Shown here piece after piece: positions 49,666 to 63,140 of a DNA stretch of 64,000 bases; position 1 is the stretch's first letter, and every line of letters begins with the position of its first letter. The translations under genes were made by a program, and so were the position numbers. A model generated the notes under the pieces. The model was not told the DNA's origin. It worked only from the letters and a program-made list of their open reading frames with translations, and did not search any database. Origin of the DNA: Eledone cirrhosa (taxonomy: Eukaryota); contig OZ024742.1 of the NCBI GenBank assembly GCA_964016885.1, positions 50,034,001 to 50,098,000 of the forward strand, in the 5' to 3' direction.

Positions 49666-52352
49666 CAGAACCTTAGTGGAATGAATGGCCAAATCAAGGA
49701 AATGAGAAAAGACATTGGAAAGCTTGATTCCTTATTGAATGGGACATTACAAAACATAGACACTAAAGATAGATTGAAAATAATATACAAATCTAGAAGG
49801 CAAATTCTAAATATTATCATAGAGGAACTGAAGCAACGCATTGTAGCAAAAAGTGCAAAGATTACGCGGTATGAGAACAGAGTTAGTCAGTATAGACAGA
49901 ACCGCATGTTTGACAACCAGAAGATCTTGTGTGGACAGCTTGAAGGGAATGAAAGAGGCAACGACGTGATCTTTGAGGCGGGACAGACTAAGACATTCTG
50001 GAGAGGAATATGGGAGCAGGATATTTAACATGATAGTCAGGCAGTGTGGATTGAGACAGTTCAAAAGGCGATTAGAGAACAAGCACAAAAACAACCTGAT
50101 GTGAGTATCACAGTTGAAACTCTTAAAGGGCAGGCCAAATAACTAACCAACTGGAAATCACTAGGCCCAGATGGTGTGCAAGTATATTGGATTAAACATA
50201 TAACATCCCCCCACCCCGAAACTGACAACCATGTTCAATGACTACTTGAGGTCGGGTGAAGTACCAGAGTGGTTGACAAAAGGTACCACAGTTCTGGTAA
50301 TGAAAGACCGAATCAAGTGTAATGATGTTACCAACTATAGACCTATCACATGATGTGGAAACTGTTAACAAGCATTGTGTCTGAGGAAATCTATCATCAC
50401 CTCCTCATAAATAGCTTGTGACGGGACGAACAGAAAGGATGCCAAAAGAAGTCCCGTGGCACAAAAGATCAGTTACTTATTGATAAGATGTTAATGATGA
50501 ATTGCAAGTGGAGTCACACTGGACTTGCCAAGGGATGGATAGAATACAAAAACGCATTTGACATGGTACGTCATTCTTGGATAACCATGGTATCCCATTC
50601 TTGGATAACTTCAAGGTGGTAGATAACATCCGACAGTTATTGAGCAAAAGTAGGAAGTCCTGGGAAACAGAGTTAACATCAGGTGGAAAATCCTTGGGAG
50701 GCGTGAAGATCAAGAGAGGTATCTTCCAGGGAGAGTGTTTGTCCCCTCTGCTGTGTTTACTTGCCCTGATACCATTGTCCGTTATATTGTGAAAGGTGAG
50801 AGCAGGATACAAGTTGGGAAGAGGAGAGCTTACCATCAACCACCTTCTCTTCATGGACGATCTGAAACTCTTTGGGAAGAGTGAGAATGAGTTGGATGCA
50901 CTTTTTGACACTGCGTATTTTCAGCAATGATATATGCATGGAATTTGGTATTAGTAAGTGTGTAGTCCTAGTGATGAAGAGTGGTAAATTGAACAAAAAC
51001 AACGGAATCCAGGTAACAACAGGTGAGATGATAAAAGAAATTGACACTGTAGAAGGATACAAATATTTAGGTGTTCTGGAGGCAGATGACATCAATAACA
51101 AAAAGATGAAGGAATTGATAAGATCTGAGTACATAAGGAGAGTAAGGAACGTCTTAAAATCACATCTAAATAGTAGGACTGTCATAAGTGCAGTAAATTC
51201 CCGAGCTGTGTCTATTATTAGGTACAGTGCGGGAATTCTGAAATGGAATGTTGCTGAACAAAAGGAAATGGATAGGAAGAGTAGGAAGCTAATGATTCCA
51301 TAAGAGGAGTGATGTAGATAGACTCTACGTAAAGAGTTCTGAAGGTGGAACAGGTCTTATCGGCATAGAGGACTGTGTTCAGATGGAGAAAAACAACCTG
51401 CACAAATATGTGACTGACAGTAGGGAGCCAATGCTAAAAATTGTACTGAAGGAGAAGACAATAGACCAAGGGATGTCCAAGGAGGAAATAACAACAAGGA
51501 GGAAGAGCAACCTTCATGGAACATCTCTTCATAGCGCCTTCGTTAAGCAAACGGAATTTAGAGATCCACAGACATGGAACTGGTTAAAAATAGGAGACCT
51601 TATAAAAGCTACAGAAGGAATGCTAATGGCTGCGCAAGAACAAGTCCTCAGAACGAAGTGGGTGAAACACCATATTGACAAGGAGGAGGCTAGCGCACTG
51701 TGTAGGATCTGTGGAGAGAGAGAGGGGAATGTGGCTCACCTTGTAACCGAGTGTAAACACCTAGCCCAGACTCACTATAAAGTCTGGAGACATTATGTGA
51801 TGGGCAGGGTGATCCACTGGCACCTATGCAAAGTAAACAATTTACCACATTCTGAGAAGTGGTATGAGCATAAGCTAGAGTCGGTGATAGAAAACGATTA
51901 GGTGAAGGTGCTGTGGGATTTTAGGATACAGACGGACAGGAAATTAGAACACAATAGGCCTGACCTGGTGGTTTTGGACAAGGAAAAAATATCCTGCCTG
52001 ATTGTAGATGTAGCCTGCCCATTTGACACGAGAGTGCAAGCACAGAGAGGGAGAAAATTAACCGATACCAGGATTTAAAGTGGGAGCTAAAAAGGATTTG
52101 TAACTTCCATGAAGTCAAGGTCGTCCCGATTGTCATAGGTGCACTAGTTACTATCTCAAAGAGTTTCCAAGGATGGTTAAAGAAAATTAGACCAGTCTCG
52201 CTTTTTGGAACACTTCAAAAGGCATGCTTGCTGGGAAGAGCAAGAACACTCTGATACGTCATGAATGTCTGAGGCTGCAGGTAGTGGCTTGATATTCATT
52301 TCAACAAACTTTCCAGTTAACTAACATCAATGACTGAGACTCAAAGAACAAA
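49666..52352 (+). mobile_element. Degraded 5'-truncated RLE element, subfamily A2
   Basis: Fragmented ORFs homologous to A1. It shares diagnostic KLESVIEND and the GAGACTCAAAGAACAA 3' end with 13468-14795. Confidence 0.9.
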
Positions 52353-52362
52353 AATAATAATA

Positions 52363-52574
52363 ATGGTTTCTTATATAGGCACAAGGCCAGTAATTTGGTG
52401 GAAGGGGAAGTCGATTAAATTGACGCCAGTGCGTGACTGGTATTTTTATTTCATCGACCCCGTAAGGATGAAAGGCAAAGTTAACCTCGGCGGGATTTGA
52501 AATCAGATCATAAAGAGACGTAACTCTATGCTTCAAAGCATGGTGTCCGACTCTCTACCGATACTGCCAATCCA
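52363..52574 (-). mobile_element. tRNA-derived SINE (long-tail variant) between (TAA)n tracts
   Basis: Reverse complement of the head and core; tail similar to 4760-4828. Confidence 0.85.
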
Positions 52575-52849
52575 AAATAATAATAATAATGATTTGATTT
52601 ATTGGCCACAAGGGCCGACATATAGGGGACAATACAAAAGACTGGGACAGAGGAGGTTTACATATACAACTATTAAACAAAAACAATATAAATAACAATA
52701 ACAAAGTAACAATAAAAATAGAAGAAGAAAAATTCCCTATAGGTGGGATGACCAACCAGGGTTCACCTAGGTACCCCACCAATCCTGAACCACCCGATAT
52801 TTCGAGAGCAACCGGGAAGAGCACCCTTCTCCTCCTCAAATTTACCCAC

Positions 52850-55803
52850 CTACAGGTGCATAATCAGAGTAGGCCCACTCACACGGGCCATTCTCGTCAC
52901 ATTCACCTACCTTTCAGCAAGTGTACTGGGGAGGGGGGGGGGGCAGCACTTCTCTCTGCATCATCACTTTCCTTTCCAAGTGAAACTTGTAAAACTTGAT
53001 GAGGGATTCGCCGAAGAGAAACGTGTCTTTATTCTTTCCAACCTAGTCCACCGTACAACCTCTTTCGCTAGTGCCACCAGACAGAGGAAAAATTGCCTGC
53101 CATTCCTGGCCAAAAGAAGGCGGCAAGTCGATCTTCACTATGATTCCACATGATTCCACAAGTCAGTAATGGACGGACAACGGACGAGTGCGTGCGGAAC
53201 GGTTTCGTCGCTCTGCCCGCATCTCGGGCAGGTCCGACTGATAGCACTTCCGTGCCTGTAGAATTTATCTCGAACTGCCAGCGCCCCCAGTAGCACTGCT
53301 AAGAAAGGGATTTTTGGAAATGATCTATCACCCCGGCTCGAATGTCGTCCGGAACAGACTGGTTTGTTCGACTTCGTCGACCCCCAGAGCCTCTTCGAGT
53401 ACGTCTTCGCACTTGCCCACCACTTATCCTCTATAGAACTCAAGAGTGGAAGTTCCACTGACCGCATTGCCCGCCTGGTAGAGGGCAGTGTGTGCCTGGC
53501 AACATTCCAGATGCCAGTCACCCAGTCTCGGTCTCTTCTTGACCCAGGACTGCAGCTCAGTTAATGAGACGAGCTGTGGAAAGGCCTGTCTAACAAACGG
53601 TAAGCACACCTATTCACCGTTTAGGCAGAATATCGAGAGATGCCGCACCCTCAGCGCGTCTCTGCGTATCATTAGCCACGGCATGCCCAGCACTCCACGT
53701 AGAGGGTGCTGGCAGCAGATGGACGGCCTCATCATCGGAACCTGACCCTTCCACAATAATTTGAAGAGTAGCTGTTCCAAGTTGGCAAGGCGCGAACGGG
53801 GTCAAGGGACGACGGTCAGGCGGTAGTAGATGACGGACGCGATGTACGCGTTCGTCACCTCCGCCCGACATTTCAGTGATAGCTTCCTCACAGCCCATTT
53901 CTGGGCGAGACTGGCTCTCCTGCCCGTCACCTCGTCCCAATTATTATCCACCTGGAGGTCTGTTCCGAACCAAACCCCGAGCAACTTTACCGGTCCGTCC
54001 GTCCAGCGCCCAACGGCGCTGTTGGACGGCATGGACATGCCTCTTCAGGTGCCGAGTAGGAAGCCCACTTACTTTTCCGGGTTAAGTTTTTCTCCCGTCA
54101 ACCGTTCATATTCCTCCAATAAGTTGCCGACCACCTCGATTTCTGAGGTGTCCGACACAATCACGGTGATGTCGTCCGCATAAGCCGTCACAGCCTTTCT
54201 GCGTCCCGGTTTGAGGGGGATGCCCTGTAACAGCTCCAGCTTCCGCAGTAAAGGCTCGAGAGTCAATACGTACAGAAGTGGGAGAGAAGGCACCCTTGAT
54301 GGACCGATCAGGAGATCTGAAACGGTTCCGAGAGGTGGCCATTAACTTTGATCACCGAGCAAATTCCACTGTGCATTGCAGCGATCCAGCTTCTGTAGAC
54401 GGGGCCGAAGTCAGCCGCCTTGAGGACAGCCTCCACATACCGAAGGTCGACCCTAACGAATGCTTTAGATTGATCTAAATTGATCAGAGACCCACCGAAG
54501 ACAGATTTACACCCTACCCTCTCTATGATGTATCGCATCAGGTGGAATTTGTCGTGTATGGACCTGGTTGGGATTGCGCAAGTTTGCGCCTCCCCAACCA
54601 AATCCTCGACGACAAACGCCAAACCCTTCGCTAACACATTTTGGCCCAAATCTTAAACTCTGTGTTGAGCAGAGTTATGGGCCTGAAATTGTCTAATGTG
54701 TCCCTCTTTTTCTCGTCTTTCCTTATCAGCGTCCTACGCCCCGGCTCACAGAACTGGGAATACTCCCGTTTTGCTTCCAGTTGCAGTAGAGCGCTTCGAG
54801 GAGATAGGAGAACAAGTCTGCTCGTAGGGCAGACCATCAAACCAGGTGACTTGCACCTCATGCAGCCGACAAGGGCATCCTGAATCTCGGCTGAAGTAAT
54901 CGGCCTTTCGCAGCGCTCAGCGTCGGCCGTCGAGATTTGCAGCAAGACATCGAGGTAGAGACTGAAGTCCGCCACGATCTGTGACCCGCCAATTCCTCGG
55001 GAACAACCGAGCAAAATGTTGGCGAAAGGCCTCAAACATCCGCTTGGAATCGCTCAGCTCGTGTCCGTCTCGCTTTGTCAAAGACCGAATCGTGGTTTTA
55101 TTACCACGCTGCGCCTCTGCCTCGTGGGCCCACCGAACAGCTTTGGTTCCCTCGTTTCTCAGAGCACGCGCCTTAGCTCTGACAATGCAACCTTCGTCCT
55201 TCGTATTTCGCATTGAAGAAATAGTCTAATGCCACTCTTGCTGCTAGCACGTCAGTTGCAATGCCACTACCAGCACCCCCTCCTTTCTATTTTTCTCTAA
55301 CGCTACTTCTTTGTTAAAATATATAGACATTACTCTAATATCTCTTTTGAGAGCCCCCATCTTCTATTGTTGACGGCTCCCCCTCTGAACCTTTTATTAA
55401 CTTACTTGTTGACCCGGTCCCTGTAAGCCTTACCTGCCGGAAAGGAAATGTTCAGCTTCCAGTTACCAGGTCCTAACCTACGCGTCTTATCTAGGTCGAC
55501 CACACAGATTACAAAGTTGTTATCTGAATAGGCGACCGTTTTAAATCGTGGACAGCTTACACTATTTCTGTCTATTTTTCTAAACAGCCCTGCCACCCCA
55601 CCTCTCATTCCCGGCCGACTAACAGATGTGAATATCTGATAGTCGTCGAAATTGGGGGCTAGTGCGCGCGTGTCAGAAAACCTGGTGTCGCTGACGGCAA
55701 TTACATCCATTTCTAGAGACCTGAGGTTGTAGAGTAGGTGACTCTGCTTCCAGGATGATCCCAGGCCTCGAACATTTAAACTTCATACTCTTAATACGAC
55801 CAT
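52850..55803 (-). pseudogene. Tx1 ORF2 remnant (APE, RT, Cys-rich domain)
   Basis: Fragments in ORFs 55402, 54917, 54631, 54308, 54069, 53802, 53424 and 53138. Confidence 0.85.
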
Positions 55804-55832
55804 GTTGGCAGGCTAATAAAGAGAGGAAAGGT

Positions 55833-57259
55833 TTACTTACCTTCTGGGCACTTGTGAAGGTCAGGTGGTTCGACCACCATTGTTGGTGGGGTTTCTTTTG
55901 GGAACCCCTTTAAAAGTCTTGAAGTGGGTTTTACGTTCGGGGTTCCCACGTCCCGAGAAAAGCTGTCTCGTATCTCATTGTATAAATTGAGCGACATTCG
56001 CAACAGAAACAAATCGTCCGGCACGCGAAATGTGCTCGATTAAAAAAATTTCCCCCTCTTTTTGTATTTCTTCACTTCGTGTTATGAGGGCCATCAGTTC
56101 CTTGTTGGCCCTCTTGACGAGCACGAAGTTTTGTATGTTTTATTGGTGTAATTTTATTTGTTTGCGTGGCTATGGTGGTGATGGTTTTTATGTTGTTTCG
56201 GTTGTGTCTGTGTTTGTTGTGAGTGCGGTGTCTGTGGTTTCAGATGTTTGTGTGTATATTTGTTCGTGCGTCTGTTTAGATTGTTTGCTTTTGGGGGATT
56301 CTGGTGGTGGTGATGGTATTGGTGGTGTTGATGTTGGTGTTGTTGGGGAGATGTTTGCGTGGGTGGTGTCTGCATTTTCTATTGTGGGTGTTTTTGTGCT
56401 TTGTTGAGTTTTTGTTTTCTTTTCGTGTTTCCTTTTTTGTATTTTGGGGGATTTTGGTTTTCCCCCATCTTCACTACTGGTAGATGAGGGGTCTGTGTCT
56501 GTGTGTGTGTGTGTTTATGATTTTATTGATGTGTTCATTGTTTGGGGGGTGAGTAATTTAACAACTTTCCTCGTTTCCACCCTGAGTGGTCAATGTTGGT
56601 GGTGCTCTTTCTATTGGTGTAGTTGCTGGTGGTTTTGCCGGGGCCGGTGTTGGTTGTGGTCATCGTCCTGGCGTCGGCAGCAGTGGAGCCCTTCGACTCC
56701 TTGCATCTTTTAGCAGTTAAGGGCAGAAGGCTCGCAAATGGGTTTTTCTCCCACAAACGAAACAATGCAGCCTTTTGCCCCCAGTCATAATGTATATTAA
56801 CGTCCCGTTCCGAAGACAGATGTGGTCCGGGATTGTTTTGATATTCTCCGGATTGATCTGAAGAAGTATCTCCAGGTCAACCGCGGAACACTCCTCTCTG
56901 ACAGTTCTTGTTACTTCTATCGGAATGGTATCCGTCCCCTCCACAATCACACATCCCAGAAGCCACCACATTTCATGTCCTGGTGACATTCTGGGAATGC
57001 GGAGACGGGCCGTTCTTTTTCCTATGTGGGAGGGGTACATTGTGACCTTGCTGGTTTTGCAAGGTGTCGTAACATGTTTCATAGCAAGGGCTTCTGACTT
57101 CAACGGCACCGAAATGGTGCCATATTGTCTGCCCCTCGCTGTGTATTTGGCGTCATCCCTGATGCACCTCAGTGTGACTTCGACATCTGTTTGTGGAATT
57201 AAAGCTGCCCTCTTGGTTTCTGCTGAGATGCATCTGTAATGCACTGTTCTGCGCTCCAT
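55833..57259 (-). pseudogene. Tx1 ORF1 remnant with CCHC zinc knuckle
   Basis: ORF 56717-57259 and C-terminal ORF 55833-56024 are homologous to ORF1 of the first Tx1. Confidence 0.75.
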
Positions 57260-58211
57260 TGCTTCAATATCTTCTACCGGGACAGTTAAGTTGGCCCAGG
57301 TTTGCTCTTGCTTGATGAGCTTCCAGGCCTGGCCAACTTTTCATCTTTGTTCGAGAGGTCCATGGTGAGGCATGGCCTCTTTTTGGCTGCTGCCGCAGCG
57401 AAAATGTTCTTCTTGCTGTCGTTGGTGGTGTTGTTGTTGTTATCGTTGTTCTTGTTGGTGTTGTTACTGTTATCACTGTTGCAGTTGATTATATCTTTGG
57501 TGCCGCCGTTGTTGTTGTTTTCCGTGCAGATGGTATTGTTGCTGTTGGTGCTGTTGCTGTTTATGTTCTGGTTATTGGTGTTAATTTCGTTGTTGTTTTC
57601 GTTGATATTGTTGCTGCTGCTATTGTTGTAATTGTTGTTGTTGCTGTTGTTGTGGTTGTCACTGTTGTTGATATTGTTGACTTTGTTGTCGTTCTTTCTG
57701 TTGTTGGTGTTGTCATTATTGCAGTTGTGGTTGATTTTTCTGTCATTGTTGTTGGTTTTGTTATTGTTCTTGTTCAGGACAGTATTTTTAAAACTGTTTT
57801 TGGTAATATCGCTGTTGCTGCTGTTGTCATTTTTGTTTATATTAATGTTCTCACTGCTGTTCGTGCTGGTGTTGGGGATATTGCCTGATGTGTTGTTACA
57901 TTTTAAAATTGTAATTTATTAGCCTCAAAGTTTGAATCGCTGTCGCAAGACAGCAAACCGAAATTCGGGTGGCGTGGCTCCGCTATGTTTTTTTTTTTCA
58001 TAAAAACTTTCTTTTTTACACACAAAGTTTAAATATTTGGGCCAAAAGGCCCAAATATTACGGGGTACTTTCTTGGGAGCAAAGACTAAAGTCTTATTTC
58101 CCGTTTGAAAAAAAATATTAATGAAAAACGTATTTCACACCGTAGATTAAACAAACTTACGAGCTCACGATAGTACGTCCATTTGCTTCAACGACCAATA
58201 ATAATAATAAT

Positions 58212-58272
58212 AATTGTTTCTACTTTAGGCACAAGGCCAGCAATTAACCAGTACATTACTGGTACTTTATTT
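58212..58272 (-). mobile_element. SINE tail fragment
   Basis: TTGTTTCTACTTTAGGCACAAGGCCAGCAATT...GGTACTTTATTTT. Confidence 0.75.
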
Positions 58273-58813
58273 TAATAACATTTCTTTTTAATACTTGCGC
58301 AAGTCCAGCAAATTGGTGAAATGGTACTTCATATCATCGACCTCGAACCCAGAAGGATAAAAATCAAAGTGGAGCAGAAGAAACGGGAATTGCGATATTG
58401 TACACGATTCTTTATTATACATACTAGCAGAAAAAACACCTTAGGGTGGTTTTCTGTTAGCATGTGTAGTGTAGATTGATATTATACGTGTAGATATGAT
58501 ACATCAAATAAAATCGTAATTGACAATATACACAGAAATTGAACGAAGTCTATGTTACCCTGTCTTCTGTAATCAGTATCCATGATACATTTAAAAAAAG
58601 ACGATATTATATATAAACTGCATTAGGAGAAAATTAGCGACAGAAATATATGCGATATTTTTATAAGTGTTATAATATAACCGCCGCTAACCAGAAGTGT
58701 TGACATTTGAAAATGTTAAAGAAGTGAATGTTTTAATAAGCTATAAAATATATTTAATCAACAGCCACGAAATTTAGCACATAAATTATGTAATGTACAT
58801 TCATTATTTATTC

Positions 58814-58988
58814 AGTATCAGTAGAGGGTCGGACGCCATGCTTTCCAGCATAGTTACGTCCCTTTACGATCTGAGTTCAAATCCCGCCGAGGTTGACTTT
58901 GCCTTTCATCCTTACGGGGTCGATAACATAAAGTACCAGTAATGCACTGGATATTTGCTGGCCTTGTGCCTAAAGTAGAAACAATTAT
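58814..58988 (+). mobile_element. tRNA-derived SINE
   Basis: Head slightly truncated; core and tail intact. Confidence 0.85.
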
Positions 58989-59329
58989 TTATTCAAAGTT
59001 ATCCAATTAATTTTACAAACGGGGCAAAAAAATGTATTCTGGACGCAGTCCCGCACTCCTTTCTTTATTATAGTTAAGATTTATGCCCAATCAGACCATT
59101 AGTGTTTTAAGCCATTAAACATTGTAAATTCTGTATGTTTAAATCACTCAAAATACACTCTTATTGAAACGTATATATTTATGTTTATATATATTGCCTG
59201 TGTCAACCATTTGTGGGTGTTACAACCATTTGTGGGTGTTAATATATCTTTTTATGGAAGTATATGTACGTATGTACATTAATATACATGTAAATACATA
59301 TATGCCAATATAAATCTATCAATCTTTCT

Positions 59330-59394
<65 letters not shown>

Positions 59395-60061
59395 AAGAAA
59401 GATATATATATATATATAGAGAGAGAGAGAAAGAAAGAGAGAGAAGGGGAGAAGATGATGGGAGAAAACAAAAGAGAACCTCTACATATATACATACATC
59501 AGCTCAGACTCAATAGGTGTTGCTGACTGTGTAATATTTCTTCATTGATCCAGTAAAGTGTGAGTTATATCATTATATATTTCGCTTTCACTTGTGGCTT
59601 CAAGCAATTTTATCTTGGGTGGTATTATCGTCGGTAATAACGATACTGTTTTAGGTATTATAGTTGATTGTCTGATATTTTCCGTGATAATAGAGCGAGT
59701 GCTGCTTACAAAATAACAAATTATATTGAAATGATTACACACTGGCGTAGTGTTTGATACTGTTTCTGAAACTTACTTAAATCAGTCTCATAAATTCTTT
59801 ATCACTACACAGCAAATGAAACCATATAATATATGAAAACCAGAAAAGTAGCATAATCATTGTAACATCACATACAAACAGTTTATAGCTAGTTGACAAA
59901 AGTTCTGATGTGAATAAAGATTTTCTGTCAAACAGGAGTATAATAAATTAATGCACTCACACACACAGACACACATATACATATATATATGCATACGTAT
60001 ATATATATCGTTTCTGAATTTGTTTAGCAAGATTCTTTATCTGAAAACGTGTGTTGAAACC

Positions 60062-60252
60062 GATATTGTTATGCTTTGGGAGGGTCATGTTGCCAATAAG
60101 AACACACGCACCAGATGCTTTCACTCCAATTTATTATTAATTAAATTTATAAATTTAAGAATTTATAAATTTAATTCATAATAAATTGGAGTGAAACAAC
60201 TGGTGCGTGTGTTTCTTATTGGCAACATGACCCTCCCAAAGTATAACAATAT
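60062..60252. repeat. About 190-bp foldback hairpin ending in (TA)n
   Basis: ATATTGTTATGCTTTGGGAGGGTCATGTTGCCAATAAG... is reverse-complementary to ...CTTATTGGCAACATGACCCTCCCAAAGTATAACAATAT. Confidence 0.9.
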
Positions 60253-60364
60253 ATATATATATATATAGTAATAAATATATATATATATATAGGTAAGTTA
60301 TTCCGGGGTGAATCGGAGGAAACCATAGTAAGGAAGGTACTCAATACATAGCAGAGTATAAAAG

Positions 60365-60466
60365 TTTTAATATAGATGAGATTCTACAGGACTAGAAGTG
60401 TTTCATTCTGATGATTTCTAAAGAATGAAACAGTTCTAGTCCTCTAGAATCTCATCTATATTAAAA
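60365..60466. repeat. About 100-bp foldback hairpin containing a hammerhead-like core
   Basis: Arms TTTTAATATAGATGAGATTCTA... / ...TAGAATCTCATCTATATTAAAA. CTGATGA at 60408, GAAA at 60427, GTC at 60439. Confidence 0.8.
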
Positions 60467-60504
60467 AATAATATATATTTATATATATAAATATATATAT
60501 ATAC

Positions 60505-61419
60505 AGTCAGAGGAAACGTATATTTAAACAAGCTTAGATACATTTATGAGTGTAGCCTACCCTCAACGATGTGTCTCAATGAATGAATGAATTAAATAAA
60601 TAATTATTAATCAGAGCTATATAAAATTATAAGTTTGAAGAACAGACAGAAAAAAAATTACCTAATTTTTCTTCTTAATCCAGAGAAATTAACGAAATAA
60701 ATAATCAATTAAACGGTGTTAAGTTTAAAATGTAAGTTTGAAGTAATAATAGATAAATGTTTACCGATATTCCTCTAATCCCAACTGACGACAATTTCGA
60801 TTGTGCTATGCTGCATTATGCATGAGCCGTCAAGCTTATCAAGGGACTCCACTGTTAGGATAGATTTTTTCCCAAGTGATCGTTGCCAGTAATAAATTCG
60901 AAGCCAGCCTGTCAAGATAGAAGTGTTGTGAAGGGTAGACTCATATATGTATCTAAGCTTATGTTTAAATATATATGTGTTTCATTTGACTTTGTTCTAA
61001 CTCCCTTACGGTTGACTAAAATTAGGCTGTAACTAACTGCTTCTTCAAACAATGAAATTACTGGCTACCCTTCACAACACTTCTATCTAGACCCTTTGCT
61101 ACGTGATAATTTTGACCCCTAATTTTGACTTCGAATTTGCTACTGGCAGCGATCACTTTGGAAAAAACTCGATCCTAACAGAGGGAGTCCCTTGATATGT
61201 TTGACGGCTCATGGATAATGCAGCGATTAAACATTTTCACATAGCACAAGCGAAACTGTCGACAGTCGGAGCTAGAGGAATATCGGTAAACATTTCTCTA
61301 TTATTTCTTCAAACTTACAGTTTAAACTTAGCTTCGTTTAATTGATTATTTATTTAGTTAATTTCTCCGGACAAAGAAAAAAGATTAGGTAATTTGTTTC
61401 GTGCCTGTTTTCAAACTTA

Positions 61420-61427
<8 letters not shown>
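60505..61427. repeat. Overlapping inverted repeats flanked by (TA)n (Penelope-like pLTRs)
   Basis: 60620-60938 is inverted to 61064-61427. 60505-60562 is inverted to 60933-60991. Confidence 0.8.
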
Positions 61428-61462
<35 letters not shown>

Positions 61463-61552
61463 GAGTTAAACAAGATTCAATGAGTACATCAAAGAATGAG
61501 TTTTACAGTAGATTGGAAGCACTCTACAAGTAAAAATATTTTCCAGAGTTAT

Positions 61553-62379
61553 TAATATAATATTAAATTCAAATATTAATAAAATAGATGTTCTTGGGAT
61601 CAATTCAATTTTATTATACATATTTCAGAGGCACGTGAATCAGGTTCAACAGTACGTTCTCATCAGATAAAATAAAATGATACATGACATACACTGAGAT
61701 GTTAGATGGTTAAGATTTTATCAAGGTAGTGATTAACGTATGAGAAAACTCAACAGTTATACCCTAATAATGAGAACATAGGAAAACGTAATAGAATCAA
61801 TAGAGAAGGTGTGAATAAGAAAAACATTGCTTTAATGTAACAGTTATAGAGTTTTTAAAATCCGGGATACTACAATTAGGATTATAGAGGAAGATGTCTT
61901 TGGAGTTATAATTTTTTAAGTGTTTGGCTTGAGAAAGCAACTGATAGATAATTAAAGAGAGGGAGAGGTAAAGGGGAGTAATTTATGCAGACATTTTCAT
62001 CGGACACACATAAACTTAGCGGTTAAATGTCAAAATATTTAATTTACGTTATTTTAGGGTGAAGAATCAAAATGTTAGGTTTTAAAAGTTGATGGTTATT
62101 TGTATTCATTTTATAAATTTTCTAAATTTTATAAATGTGTAACATTTCAAAAATTCGAAATTTTATGGAAACAAATTTAAAGGATTTACTAAGCCCGCGA
62201 AAGAACAAGATATACTGTTCAATATTTACGTAAAGGTAATCTTTAACAAAATTACTAATAGCAGTGTCAACATTTCCGGTATGTATAATTTATGAAGTAC
62301 TTACTTTTATAAATATCGAGGAATTTATTGTTAAATAAATATATTGTCTAAAGTATAATAATTAACGCAGAGTTTTCAG

Positions 62380-62461
<82 letters not shown>

Positions 62462-63140
62462 ATTTATCATAATAAGAGGACTATACATTATTATTTATTA
62501 TATTATATTACATCATCATATTAGTTCTACCTTGAAGGGAAGAACGAACTCTAAATAATAAGAATAAGATAATTTATTTTTCTATCTCTGTTTTAAATCT
62601 AACCTCTAACTTTTTACGGACCATATTTTGAACTGTTGATCATTCACGCGTTTACATTTTTTTGTTATATATATATATATATGTATTTTATTTTATAGTT
62701 ATGCATGTATGAATCTAATTTCCTCTTAATTAACCTCTCTTTAATTATCTATCAGTTGCTTTCTCAAGCCCAAAACTTAAAAAATTATAACCCCAGAGAC
62801 GTCTTCCTCTATAATCCTAATTGTAGTATCCCAGATTTTAAAAACTCTATAACTGTTACATTAAAGCAATGTTTTTCTTACTCACACCTTCTCTATTGAT
62901 TCTATTACGTTTTCCCATGTTCTCATTATTAGGGTATAAATGTTGAGTTTTCTCATACGTTAATCACTACCTTGATAAAATCTTAACCATCTAACATCTC
63001 AGGTTATGTCATGTATCACTTTATTTTATCGTATGAAGACGTACTCTTGAACCTGATTCACGTACCACTGAAATATGTATAATAAAATTGAATTGATCCC
63101 AAGAACATCTATTTTATTAATATTTGAATTTAATATTATA
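61553..63140. repeat. About 410-bp inverted repeat arms with a spacer, (TA)n-associated
   Basis: 61553-61970 is reverse-complementary to 62732-63140. Confidence 0.9.
61609..61673 (-). ncRNA. Putative minimal hammerhead ribozyme
   Basis: UUUUAU-CUGAUGA-[stem II]-GAAA-UAUGUA-UA/AUAAAA: 6-bp stem I and a near-palindromic stem III. In the opposite arm the core is mutated to CGTATGA (about 63030). Confidence 0.55.

Larger units (their letters stand above)
52591..58196 (-). mobile_element. Near full-length degenerate Tx1/L1-clade retrotransposon inserted in (TTA)n
   Basis: 5' UTR; Thr/Asn-rich ORF1 N-terminus; ORF1 CFVCGRKTHLRAFC; ORF2 from 55803 (SLNVRGL, DVIAVSDT, WKLN, NFRPITLLN, LDQSKAF, AYADDIT, CPRC..ETVPHALVRC); 3' AATAAA; (AAT)n at both flanks. 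Confidence 0.9.

Noticed and set aside
59542-59742. Thr/Ile-rich ORF resembling a host exon
   Set aside because: In-frame stop, no convincing splice sites, no recognisable motif.
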